Shown here: positions 1-21,238 of the stretch, in pieces
How the letters are laid out: the number at the start of each line of letters is the position of its first letter
Numbering within the stretch: position 1 is the first letter of the stretch
Source of the DNA: Streptomyces marincola
Lineage (GTDB): Bacteria; Actinomycetota; Actinomycetes; Streptomycetales; Streptomycetaceae
Length of the DNA stretch: 32,000 bases
Direction: 5' to 3'
Assembly: GCF_020410765.1 (NCBI RefSeq)
Contig: NZ_CP084541.1
Location: 1,449,444 to 1,481,443, forward strand
Translations under genes and position numbers: made by a program
Notes under the pieces: generated by a model
What the model was told of the DNA's origin: nothing
Seen by the model: the letters and a program-made list of their open reading frames with translations, nothing else
Databases searched by the model: none

Positions 1-1
1 C

Positions 2-1801
2 GAACTGGCCGCGCGCCGCGTCCGCGTGCTGGGTGTCGAGCAGCTGGCGGAACGGCTCGGCGACCGGCTCGGCCTGCTCACCGGCGGGCGCCGGGACGCT
101 CCGGAGCGGCAGCGCACGCTGCGGGCCGTCATCGACTGGAGCTGGGAACTGCTCACCGCCGCGGAACGGGTCGTGCTGCGCCGCCTCGCGGTCCACTCCG
201 ACGGCTGCACCCTGGCCGCCACCGAGGCGACGTGCGCCGGCGACGGCGTGAAGCCGGCCGAGGTGCTCGACCTCCTGGCCAGGCTCGTGGACCGCTCCCT
301 GGTCACCGTCGTGCACGGCGCGGACGGGCCCCGTTACCGGCTGCTGGAATCCGTGGCCGTCTACTGCGCGGAGCAGCTGCGCGCGGCGGGCGAGCTGGAC
401 CGGGCCAGGCGCAAGCACGCCGCCTACTACCTGAGCCTGTCGGAAGAGGCCGACGCGCACCTGCGCGGCCCCCGCCAGCGGGAGTGGCTGCGCCGCATGG
501 ACGCCGAGACCAGCAACGTGCGCGCCGCGCTCGACGCCGCCGTCGCCGACGGGGACGCCGCCCTGGCCCTGCGGCTCGCGCTCGCCCGGGTCTGGTACTG
601 GGTGCTGCGCGGGCGGCTCAACGAGGCCCAGCGTTCGCTGTCCCTGGCCCTGGCCGCGAGCGGGCCCGAGCCGCGGGCCGAGCGGGACGGCACCGTCCGC
701 GCGCTCCGCGCGCGCGCCGAGGCGTGGCGGGCCGGCGTGCGCGCCCTGGCCGGCGACCACTCCGCCGCCCTGCCCGCGACGGCCGCCCGGCTGCGGGCGC
801 CCGGGCTGGTGCCCGAGGCGCGTGAGCGGGCGATGGCCGGCTGGTTCCTCGGCTACGTGATGACGAAGTCGGGCAACATGGCCAGCGGCGGCGAGGTCGT
901 GGCCGAGGCCCACGACGGCTTCCGCGCCGCGGGCGACAGCTGGGGCCTGGCCGCGGTGCTGAGCACCCGGGCCGTCCAGCGTTCCGTGGCCGGGGAGCTG
1001 GCGGCGGCGCGCGGCGACGCCGCGGAGAGCCTGGCGCTGTTCCGCGAGGTCGGGGACTCCTGGGGCCGGCTCCAGGCCATGGCGGCGCTCGGCCGGCTCG
1101 CGGAGATCGGCGGCGACTACACCGGCGCCGCGCGCTGGCACGAGCAGGCCCTGGCGGTCTCCGAGGAGTTCGGCCTGTGGGCCGAGGCGTCGGTCCGGCT
1201 CTCGGAGCTGGGCCGTGTCGCGCTCCTCGCGGGCGACCTCGCGGGGGCCGAGCGGCTGCACGAGCGCGGCCGGCGGCTCGCCCTGGAGCAGGGCGACACC
1301 TCCGCCGAGGAGTTCGCCGAGGTCGGCCTCGCGCTCACCGCGCGGCGGCAGGGGCGACTCGACCGCGCCGAGACGTATCTCCGCAAGTGGCTCGAATGGA
1401 ACCGGCGGCTCGACGGCGACTTCGGCGCCGCGCTGATCCTCGCGGAGCTCGGCTTCGTCGCCGAGCTGCGGGGCGACGCGGACGCCGCCGCCCGCCTGCA
1501 CGAGGAGGGCCTGACCGCGGCCCGCAGGACCGGCGACCCGCGTGCCGTCGCCCTCGCCAGGGAGGGGCTCGCCGGCGCGCGGGCCCTGGCCGGCCGGCAC
1601 GTGGCCGCCGCGCGCCTGCTCGGCGCCGCGGCGGCGGGCCGCGCCTCGGTGGGCGCGAGCCTGCCCGCGGCCGAGAGCGGCGACGTCGACCGGATCACCG
1701 CGGCGGTCCGCCAGGCGCTCGGCGACGCGGCGTTCCGCGCCGAGTCCGCGCGCGGCGCGGCCGGCTACGCCGCCCCCGAGCCGAGGACGGCCGCGGTCTG
1801 A
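2..1801 (+). CDS. AfsR/SARP-type NB-ARC/TPR transcriptional regulator, C-terminal ~600 aa (5' end outside window)
   Basis: The frame is open from the window edge to TGA 1799-1801; ORF-track entry 26..1801 is only the part after an internal GTG. The segment RQRTLRAVIDWSWELLTAAERVVLRRLAVHSDGCTL...LLARLVDRSLV resembles the region following the NB-ARC ATPase in AfsR-like regulators. It is followed by ~400 aa of Ala/Leu/Arg-rich TPR-like repeats. No C-terminal LuxR HTH is seen. Confidence 0.6.
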   Translation, partial: ELAARRVRVLGVEQLAERLGDRLGLLTGGRRDAPERQRTLRAVIDWSWELLTAAERVVLRRLAVHSDGCTLAATEATCAGDGVKPAEVLDLLARLVDRSLVTVVHGADGPRYRLLESVAVYCAEQLRAAGELDRARRKHAAYYLSLSEEADAHLRGPRQREWLRRMDAETSNVRAALDAAVADGDAALALRLALARVWYWVLRGRLNEAQRSLSLALAASGPEPRAERDGTVRALRARAEAWRAGVRALAGDHSAALPATAARLRAPGLVPEARERAMAGWFLGYVMTKSGNMASGGEVVAEAHDGFRAAGDSWGLAAVLSTRAVQRSVAGELAAARGDAAESLALFREVGDSWGRLQAMAALGRLAEIGGDYTGAARWHEQALAVSEEFGLWAEASVRLSELGRVALLAGDLAGAERLHERGRRLALEQGDTSAEEFAEVGLALTARRQGRLDRAETYLRKWLEWNRRLDGDFGAALILAELGFVAELRGDADAAARLHEEGLTAARRTGDPRAVALAREGLAGARALAGRHVAAARLLGAAAAGRASVGASLPAAESGDVDRITAAVRQALGDAAFRAESARGAAGYAAPEPRTAAV

Positions 1802-1819
1802 ACGGCCGCGCGCACGGCG

Positions 1820-1874
1820 GCGGGCCCCCGCCCTGGGCCCGTCGCGGTGGGCGCGGACGGGGGCGGGGGCCCGC
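1820..1874. terminator. GC-rich hairpin between convergent genes (putative bidirectional terminator)
   Basis: Perfect 14-bp inverted repeat gcgggcccccgccc (1820-1833) / gggcgggggcccgc (1861-1874) with a 27-nt loop. It lies between stop 1801 (+ gene) and stop 1907 (- gene). No U-tract, which is common in high-GC actinomycetes. Confidence 0.5.
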
Positions 1875-1906
1875 GGGCGGGCCGGGGGCAGCGCTACCGC
1901 GGCGGT

Positions 1907-2671
1907 TCAGCCGCCGGCGATGATGCCCTGGGCGAGACCGCCGTCCACGTTGAGTTCGATGCCCGTCGTGTACGTGGCGTCGAACGCGAGGAACAGCGCG
2001 GCCGACACGATCTCGTCCATGCTGCCGTGCCGCTTCATGGGGCTGATCGCGTCCATCTCCTTCTCGTGCGTCGCCTTCTCCTCCTCGGTGAAGCCGGGGT
2101 AGCCCATCGAGGGGGTCTTGATCGGCCCGGGGCTCAGGGCGTTCACGCGCACGCCCCGCGGCAGGAGTTCGGCGGCGAAGCCCTTGGCGAAGGACCGCAC
2201 GGCGGCCTTGGCGCCGCCGTAGACGGTGATGCCCGGGTAGCCCATGACGTCGGCTATGGACGTCGTGAAGAGGACCGCGCCGCCCTCGTTGATGAACGGC
2301 GCGAGGCGCTGCACCGTGAAGAACGCGCCCTTGGTGTTGATGTTGAAGGTCCGGTCGTAGTGGTCCTCCGTGACCTTGTCGAACGGCACCAGCTCGGCGA
2401 TCCCCACGTTGACGAACAGGAAGTCGAAGCGCCCGAGCTTCTCCTCGACCACGCCGCCCAGCGCGTCGACGTCGGACAGGCTGGCCGCGTCCGAGCGCAC
2501 GACGTGCGCCGCCTTGCCGTCGAGCCGCTTCCGCGCCTCGTCGATGTTCTTCTCGTTGCGGCCGGTGAGCACCACCTCGGCGCCCTCCTTCAGCAGCGCC
2601 TCGACGACGGCCAGCCCCATCCCGTGCGTACCACCGGTGACAACGGCCTTCTTGTCTGCGTACCTGCCCAC
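1907..2671 (-). CDS. short-chain dehydrogenase/reductase (SDR) family oxidoreductase
   Basis: 254 aa. N-terminal Rossmann motif VVTGGTHGMG and a catalytic YGGAKAA (YxxxK) motif, with classic SDR length. GTG start (cac 2669-2671 on + strand) is preceded by a canonical SD aggagg (cctcct 2676-2681 on + strand). Confidence 0.9.
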   Translation of the reverse strand: MGRYADKKAVVTGGTHGMGLAVVEALLKEGAEVVLTGRNEKNIDEARKRLDGKAAHVVRSDAASLSDVDALGGVVEEKLGRFDFLFVNVGIAELVPFDKVTEDHYDRTFNINTKGAFFTVQRLAPFINEGGAVLFTTSIADVMGYPGITVYGGAKAAVRSFAKGFAAELLPRGVRVNALSPGPIKTPSMGYPGFTEEEKATHEKEMDAISPMKRHGSMDEIVSAALFLAFDATYTTGIELNVDGGLAQGIIAGG

Positions 2672-2795
2672 GAATCCTCCTGGAAACGGACCGACCGGAC
2701 CGCCGGGCCGGATGCCAGGACCCGGCCGGCGGACCGTTTGCCGACAAGAACGCTATAGAGACCGATCAACCCGGCGACCACCGGCAAGTAATCGC

Positions 2796-3239
2796 TCAGA
2801 CGCGTTCGAGCACCACGACGGGAATGGTGCGCCTCGTCCTCGGCTCGTAGTGCGTGCGGTAAACGGGCGCGCGCTCCGCCATGAAATTCCACAGCCGCTC
2901 GCGCTCCTCGCCCTCGGTGACGCGCGCGCGGACCACGAACTTGTCGCCGCGCACCTGCACATGCGCCTCGGGATTGGCCACGAGATTGCGGAACCAGTTC
3001 GGGTGCGTTTCCGTGATGCCCGAGCCGGAAGCCACCAGAATGTACGTGCCGTTGTAGTCCCCGTAGAACAGCCCCGTACGGTACAGCTTGCCCGACTTCC
3101 GGCCCTTGACGGTGAGGACCAGGTTGGTCATCCCGCCTTCCATGTAGCCGTCCCTGCCATCGGTCGCGAGGTAGCGGCGCACGTGTTCCGTAACCGACCA
3201 GTCGGGGCTGTCGATCACGCCTTCTTCCCAGGACGCCAT
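2796..3239 (-). CDS. deazaflavin (F420)-dependent nitroreductase/DDN-family oxidoreductase
   Basis: 147 aa. Sequence ...LVLTVKGRKSGKLYRTGLFYG...YILVASGSGITETHPNWFRNLVANPEAHVQVRGDKFVVRARV..EERERLW matches the small split-barrel F420H2-dependent reductase family signature (xxHPxWxxNLxANP). ATG at 3237-3239 with SD aaggag 6 nt upstream. Confidence 0.8.
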   Translation of the reverse strand: MASWEEGVIDSPDWSVTEHVRRYLATDGRDGYMEGGMTNLVLTVKGRKSGKLYRTGLFYGDYNGTYILVASGSGITETHPNWFRNLVANPEAHVQVRGDKFVVRARVTEGEERERLWNFMAERAPVYRTHYEPRTRRTIPVVVLERV

Positions 3240-3368
3240 GCTTGTTCTCCTTCTCGAAGTCCGGTGGCCATGCGGCCAGACACCGAGTATGCGGCCCGCC
3301 GGGACGGCATCCTTTTCCCGGAGAGACCCGGCGGGACTTTCTTAACCGAGACTTGTAGTTGTGGTCGA

Positions 3369-3394
3369 GGCCGGGGCGCCCGGCGGCCCCGGCC
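3369..3394 (-). terminator. hairpin downstream of the FAD oxidoreductase gene (weak terminator candidate)
   Basis: 8-bp stem ggccgggg (3369-3376) / ccccggcc (3387-3394) with a 10-nt loop, ~27 nt past stop 3421 in the minus direction. A second 9-bp stem cccgccggg (3295-3303) / cccggcggg (3327-3335) lies nearby. No U-tract. Confidence 0.3.
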
Positions 3395-3420
3395 CACGCC
3401 GTCCCGCCGGGCGCGGTTCC

Positions 3421-4809
3421 TCACGCCGGCTGGCGCGCGGCCTCCCGTCCTGACCCGCGCGCCGGGCGCAGCCTGCGGCGCAGCGGAGCGGTCAGCACCC
3501 GCGCGGCGAGCCCGGGGCGCATCAGCGTGCCGGGCGGGTCCACGAGGCCGAACACCCGCATGAACGCGTCCGCGACGCGCTCGTCCACGGTCGTCGCCTC
3601 CTGCAACCTCCGCATGTAGGCGAGCACGAGCCGCACGTGGAAGGTGCGTTCCCCCTCCACGCCGGGGAACGCGAGGTCGCCGCCCGCCATCAGCTCCCAG
3701 GGCCCGTCGACCGCCTCGCGCGCGAGGTCCCGCAGGTAGGCGAGCGGGTCCGGCGTTCCACCCCCCGCCACGTGGCGCCGGATGACGAGCGCGGACACGG
3801 CCGCGACGGTCATGCCCTGCGCGTAGGTGGGGTTGAAGCTGCACACGCCGTCACCCGTCACCAGCAGGCCGGCCGGGAAGCGGCCCATCCGCTCGTAGCG
3901 CCGCCGCTGGTTGGCCGGAAACCGGTAGCCCACCGGCTCGGTGACGGGTTCGAGGCCGGCGAGCGCCCGGTGGGCGTCGGGCACGCGCAGGGAGCCGAGG
4001 AAGGCGTCGAAGCCCTCCGGGTCGGTGGGCGGGTGGTCGCCGAGCAGGCCGTAGGCCGTGATCGTGACCCGGTCGTCCTCGATGCGCGCCGCGATGGCGC
4101 CGCGCGGCTCCGCGGCCGAGGACACGATGCCGATGGAGACCTCGTTCTCCGCGTACGGGCTGTCGACGATGCGGTACTGCCGCGTCGTGTACCCGAGGCC
4201 GATCTTCTTGCGCTCCTCCTCGACCTTGGGGTAGCCGAGTTCGGTGAGCCAGGCGGGCACGCGGGAGCCGCGGCCCGCGGCGTCGACGACGAGGTCGGCG
4301 TCGAGCACCTCCTCGGTGCCCGCGGCCTCCTCGCGCAGCATGCGCACGCCCGTGACCCGGGCGCGGTCCGCGGTGGTCTCCAGGCTGAGCACGTTGCAGC
4401 GCTCGACGAAGCGCACCTGGGGGATGGCCGCCACCCGCTCGCGCAGGTAGCGTTCGAGGAACGGACGGCTGACGGTCAGGGCGGCGAGCCCCGTCCTGGC
4501 CGGGCGCATGCGCTTGCCGTGCAGGAACCAGCGGATGTCCGCGCACATGTCGCCGATGACGCCGCCGTCCGCGACGATCTGCTTCGTGATCCCCGGGAAC
4601 AACTCCTCCAGAATTATCTGCCCCCGGGCCTGTAAACCGTGCACCTGCCGGCCCTGCGGAACACCGCGGCGCGGCTCGGTCACCCCGCTGATCTCGTCAC
4701 GGTCCACGACAACCACTTCGGCGAAGTGATCCGAGAGCACACGGGCCGCGAACAGGCCCGCGATGCTCCCGCCGATCACAATTGCTCGGTCTCTCCTGAC
4801 TCCGGACAT
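3421..4809 (-). CDS. FAD/NAD(P)-binding oxidoreductase (putative flavin monooxygenase)
   Basis: 462 aa. The N-terminal dinucleotide-binding fold RAIVIGGSIAGLFAARVLSDHFAEVVVVDRDE shows GxGxxG plus an acidic residue at the end of beta-2. ATG at 4807-4809 with SD-like gagggg upstream. Contains an in-frame TTA codon (Leu59, taa 4633-4635 on + strand). Substrate not inferable. Confidence 0.75.
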   Translation of the reverse strand: MSGVRRDRAIVIGGSIAGLFAARVLSDHFAEVVVVDRDEISGVTEPRRGVPQGRQVHGLQARGQIILEELFPGITKQIVADGGVIGDMCADIRWFLHGKRMRPARTGLAALTVSRPFLERYLRERVAAIPQVRFVERCNVLSLETTADRARVTGVRMLREEAAGTEEVLDADLVVDAAGRGSRVPAWLTELGYPKVEEERKKIGLGYTTRQYRIVDSPYAENEVSIGIVSSAAEPRGAIAARIEDDRVTITAYGLLGDHPPTDPEGFDAFLGSLRVPDAHRALAGLEPVTEPVGYRFPANQRRRYERMGRFPAGLLVTGDGVCSFNPTYAQGMTVAAVSALVIRRHVAGGGTPDPLAYLRDLAREAVDGPWELMAGGDLAFPGVEGERTFHVRLVLAYMRRLQEATTVDERVADAFMRVFGLVDPPGTLMRPGLAARVLTAPLRRRLRPARGSGREAARQPA

Positions 4810-5022
4810 AATCGTCGCCCCTCTGAAGACTCACGCGGTGCACCGAAACTAGCGGAGCATGTCCCACGGCAAACCACTGCGCAGTAACGGGGCGCACCCA
4901 CTGGGCTTTCCGCGTTTCGCCAACCGGCCGGTAATCCTCGACCGGTTACCGAGGCATGACTGGCACCGGGGACGCGGCCGGTATAAAGGTGCCACAAATC
5001 CGAGACTCATCCGAGGGGCAGC
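4810..5022. promoter_or_regulatory. divergent intergenic/promoter region with palindromic candidate operator
   Basis: 213 bp between divergent starts 4809 (-) and 5023 (+), with locally reduced GC. Contains the 10-bp palindrome accggccggt (4923-4932) overlapping the inverted repeat cggtaa (4929-4934) N11 ttaccg (4946-4951). No -35/-10 assignment attempted. Confidence 0.4.
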
Positions 5023-6330
5023 ATGGGCGATTACCGAGACTACGACGCGATTGTCATCGGAGCGGGGTTCGCCGGGGTGACGGCGGCACGCGAACTGAGG
5101 GCCAGGGGCCTGCGCCCGGTCATTCTTGAGGCCCGCCACCGGATAGGCGGACGCACCTGGACCGACGATTTCGACGGCACCATGATCGAATACGGCGGCG
5201 GCTGGCTCTCGCCCCACCAGTCCCTCGCCGTCCAGGAACTGGAGCGCTACGGCATCCCGCTGGTCGAAGGCGTGCTGGCCACACCGGAATGGGCCGTCTT
5301 CCCCACCGACGACGGGCTCAAGCCGTTCAGCGCCGACGAGGCACTCGGCCGTCTCGGCAAGCTGCTGACCACGATCTTCGAGGACAGCGGCGAGCTGTTC
5401 CCGCACCCCGAGCACCCGATGCTCCGCGCGGACCTGGTCACCGAGCAGGACCGGCTCTCGCTGCGCGACCACATCGACCGGCTGAACCTCGCGCCCCGCG
5501 ACGACGCCTGGATCAGCACGCTGGTCGGCGGCTTCTCCGGCGGCAGCAGCCGCGTCGGCGGGTACACGGCCCTCGCCCACTGGTGGGCCATGGCCGGCGG
5601 GCACCTGGAGGGGTGGATCACGATCGAGGGGCAGGCGCCGCGTTCCGGCATGAGCGCGCTGCTCCAGGAGATACTCAACGACGCCCAGGCGCGCGTGCAC
5701 CTCAACACCCCGGTCACCGCCATCGCCGACGACGGCCGCACCGTGCGCGTCACCACGGCGACGGGCCGCGAGTTCTCCGCGCCGGTCGCCGTCGTCGCCG
5801 TCCCGACGAACGTGTGGCGCACCATCGACTTCGCGCCCGGCCTGCCGGAGATCCACGCGGAGGCGGCCCGGCAGGGCATCAGCGTCGACAGCAGCAGCCG
5901 GGTCTGGCTGCGGGTGCGCGGCGACTTCGGCCCGGTCCACGTGCGCGACGTCGAGGGCGGGCTGCTGACCCCGCTGTTCACGCACACGGTGCTGAGCGAC
6001 AACGAGCAGCTGCTGACCGGCTACAGCCAGAACAAGCAGCTGGACACCTCGCGCCCCGAGCAGGTCAGGGACGTGCTGGCCCGGCTGCTCCCGCAGGCCG
6101 AACTCGTCAGCTACCGCGCTTACGACTGGGGACGCGACCCGTACGCGCTGGGCGGCTGGGCGCTGCGCAGGACCGGGCAGCTCAGCCGGCACCTGCCGCG
6201 CATCCAGCAGCCGCACGGCCGGATCACGTTCGCCAACGACGGCATCGCCAGCGGCTGGCACGGCTTCATCGACGGCGCGATCGAGACGGGGCACCGCGCC
6301 GCGGAGCAGGCCGCGGCGCTCGCCGCCTGA
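5023..6330 (+). CDS. flavin-containing amine oxidase family protein
   Basis: 435 aa. The N-terminus YDAIVIGAGFAGVTAARELRARGLRPVILEARHRIGGRTWTD is the classic amine-oxidase FAD-binding motif (GxGxxG...E...R.GGR). The C-terminal ...ITFANDGIASGWHGFIDGAIETG is typical of the family. ATG 5023 with gagggg 4 nt upstream. Confidence 0.85.
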   Translation: MGDYRDYDAIVIGAGFAGVTAARELRARGLRPVILEARHRIGGRTWTDDFDGTMIEYGGGWLSPHQSLAVQELERYGIPLVEGVLATPEWAVFPTDDGLKPFSADEALGRLGKLLTTIFEDSGELFPHPEHPMLRADLVTEQDRLSLRDHIDRLNLAPRDDAWISTLVGGFSGGSSRVGGYTALAHWWAMAGGHLEGWITIEGQAPRSGMSALLQEILNDAQARVHLNTPVTAIADDGRTVRVTTATGREFSAPVAVVAVPTNVWRTIDFAPGLPEIHAEAARQGISVDSSSRVWLRVRGDFGPVHVRDVEGGLLTPLFTHTVLSDNEQLLTGYSQNKQLDTSRPEQVRDVLARLLPQAELVSYRAYDWGRDPYALGGWALRRTGQLSRHLPRIQQPHGRITFANDGIASGWHGFIDGAIETGHRAAEQAAALAA

Positions 6331-6419
6331 GCCTCGGGCGCGGGCCGGGTGCCGCCCGGTGCCCTGCCCGCGCCCCGGGCGTCCACGCCCCCAGGTCAGC
6401 GGGCCGACCGCACGGCAGC

Positions 6420-6447
6420 GGCGCCCGGGCGTCACCGCCCGGGCGCC
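6420..6447. terminator. perfect GC hairpin between convergent genes (putative bidirectional terminator)
   Basis: 12-bp stem ggcgcccgggcg (6420-6431), loop tcac (6432-6435), stem cgcccgggcgcc (6436-6447), followed by ttgtg. Lies between stop 6330 (+) and stop 6466 (-). Confidence 0.55.
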
Positions 6448-6465
6448 TTGTGCGTGCCGCCGGGG

Positions 6466-6867
6466 TCAGCCGGCCTGGCTGAACGGCTCGTCGATGGCGT
6501 ACCGCCAGTTGCCGTCCGCGCCGCGCCGCAGCACGTCGAGCCCCACGCCCTCGTGGTGCTCGTCCGTGCCGTCCTCGCCCGGCCCGTCGATCGTCCAGTC
6601 GACGACCAGCAGCGCGGTGTCACCCGTCACGTACGAGTGCCGGATCTCCGCGTTCATCCGCGGCCCACGGGCCAGGAACTCCACGACGGATTCCTCGCGT
6701 TCCCGGCCGGAGAGCGGCTTGCCCGGCTCCCACACCGCGACCGCCTCTTCGGTGTACATGGCGTTCACCCGGTCGGCGTCCCCGGAGTTGAATGCCTCCG
6801 CGTAAAGCCGGACATGCTCCTCCACATCCCCGCTCAGCCGCACCGTGTCATTCACATCGCTTACCAT
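6466..6867 (-). CDS. SnoaL/NTF2-like (ketosteroid-isomerase-fold) small protein
   Basis: 133 aa. The sequence ...HVRLYAEAFNSGDADRVNAMYTEEAVAVWEPG...VTGDTALLVVDWTIDG...DVLRRGADGNWRYAID shows the typical NTF2-like/SnoaL-type polyketide cyclase-like pattern. ATG at 6865-6867. Confidence 0.7.
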   Translation of the reverse strand: MVSDVNDTVRLSGDVEEHVRLYAEAFNSGDADRVNAMYTEEAVAVWEPGKPLSGREREESVVEFLARGPRMNAEIRHSYVTGDTALLVVDWTIDGPGEDGTDEHHEGVGLDVLRRGADGNWRYAIDEPFSQAG

Positions 6868-7068
6868 GCCAGGATCACTCCCACTCGATTGCGTGGCGTT
6901 GAACTACGACTCGCTGGAACGTTAGCCAATCGAGGACACGGGCCACACACCGCGAGGTAATGAAAAACTCCGCGCGCGCCCGACGGCATGGTTACCCCGG
7001 CCTTACCGGTGATTGGCATGCGGTGGAATGGCGGGCTGTAACGTCGTCTGTCCACAGGTCACCTCGCC
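6868..7068. promoter_or_regulatory. divergent intergenic region upstream of the PKS operon
   Basis: ~200 bp (234 bp if the PKS starts at 7102) between divergent genes, with the lowest GC in the window. Contains ttgaac (6899-6904) as a possible -35-like hexamer. Promoter elements are not confidently assignable by eye. Confidence 0.35.
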
Positions 7069-21184
<14,116 letters not shown>

Positions 21185-21238
21185 TCTTTCACCGAGCCCT
21201 TCACCATCCGACCCATGCATTCGGGGAGCTGAGCACAC

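Noticed and set aside
2684-2739. Imperfect hairpin (aaacggaccg 2684-2693 / cggaccgttt 2730-2739) between the DDN-family gene and the SDR gene, considered as a terminator
   Set aside because: The stem has a central mismatch, and competing inner pairings overlap the outer arm. I could not define a clean structure by eye, so it is not reported as a feature.
4849-6435. 528-aa minus-strand ORF overlapping the amine oxidase gene; also 1695..2747(-), 1847..2758(+), 2370..3563(+), 3637..4635(+) and 5289..6482(+)
   Set aside because: These are alternative-frame or antisense ORFs over genes whose sense frames carry clear family motifs (GxGxxG, YxxxK and others). They have no RBS or homology signal and a low-complexity Arg/Pro/Gly composition.
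6899-6930. Possible -35/-10 pair (ttgaac N17 ttagcc) for the PKS operon or the divergent SnoaL-like gene
   Set aside because: The -10 candidate is poor (no TAnnnT), and actinomycete promoters are too degenerate to call without transcript start data. Only the intergenic region is annotated.
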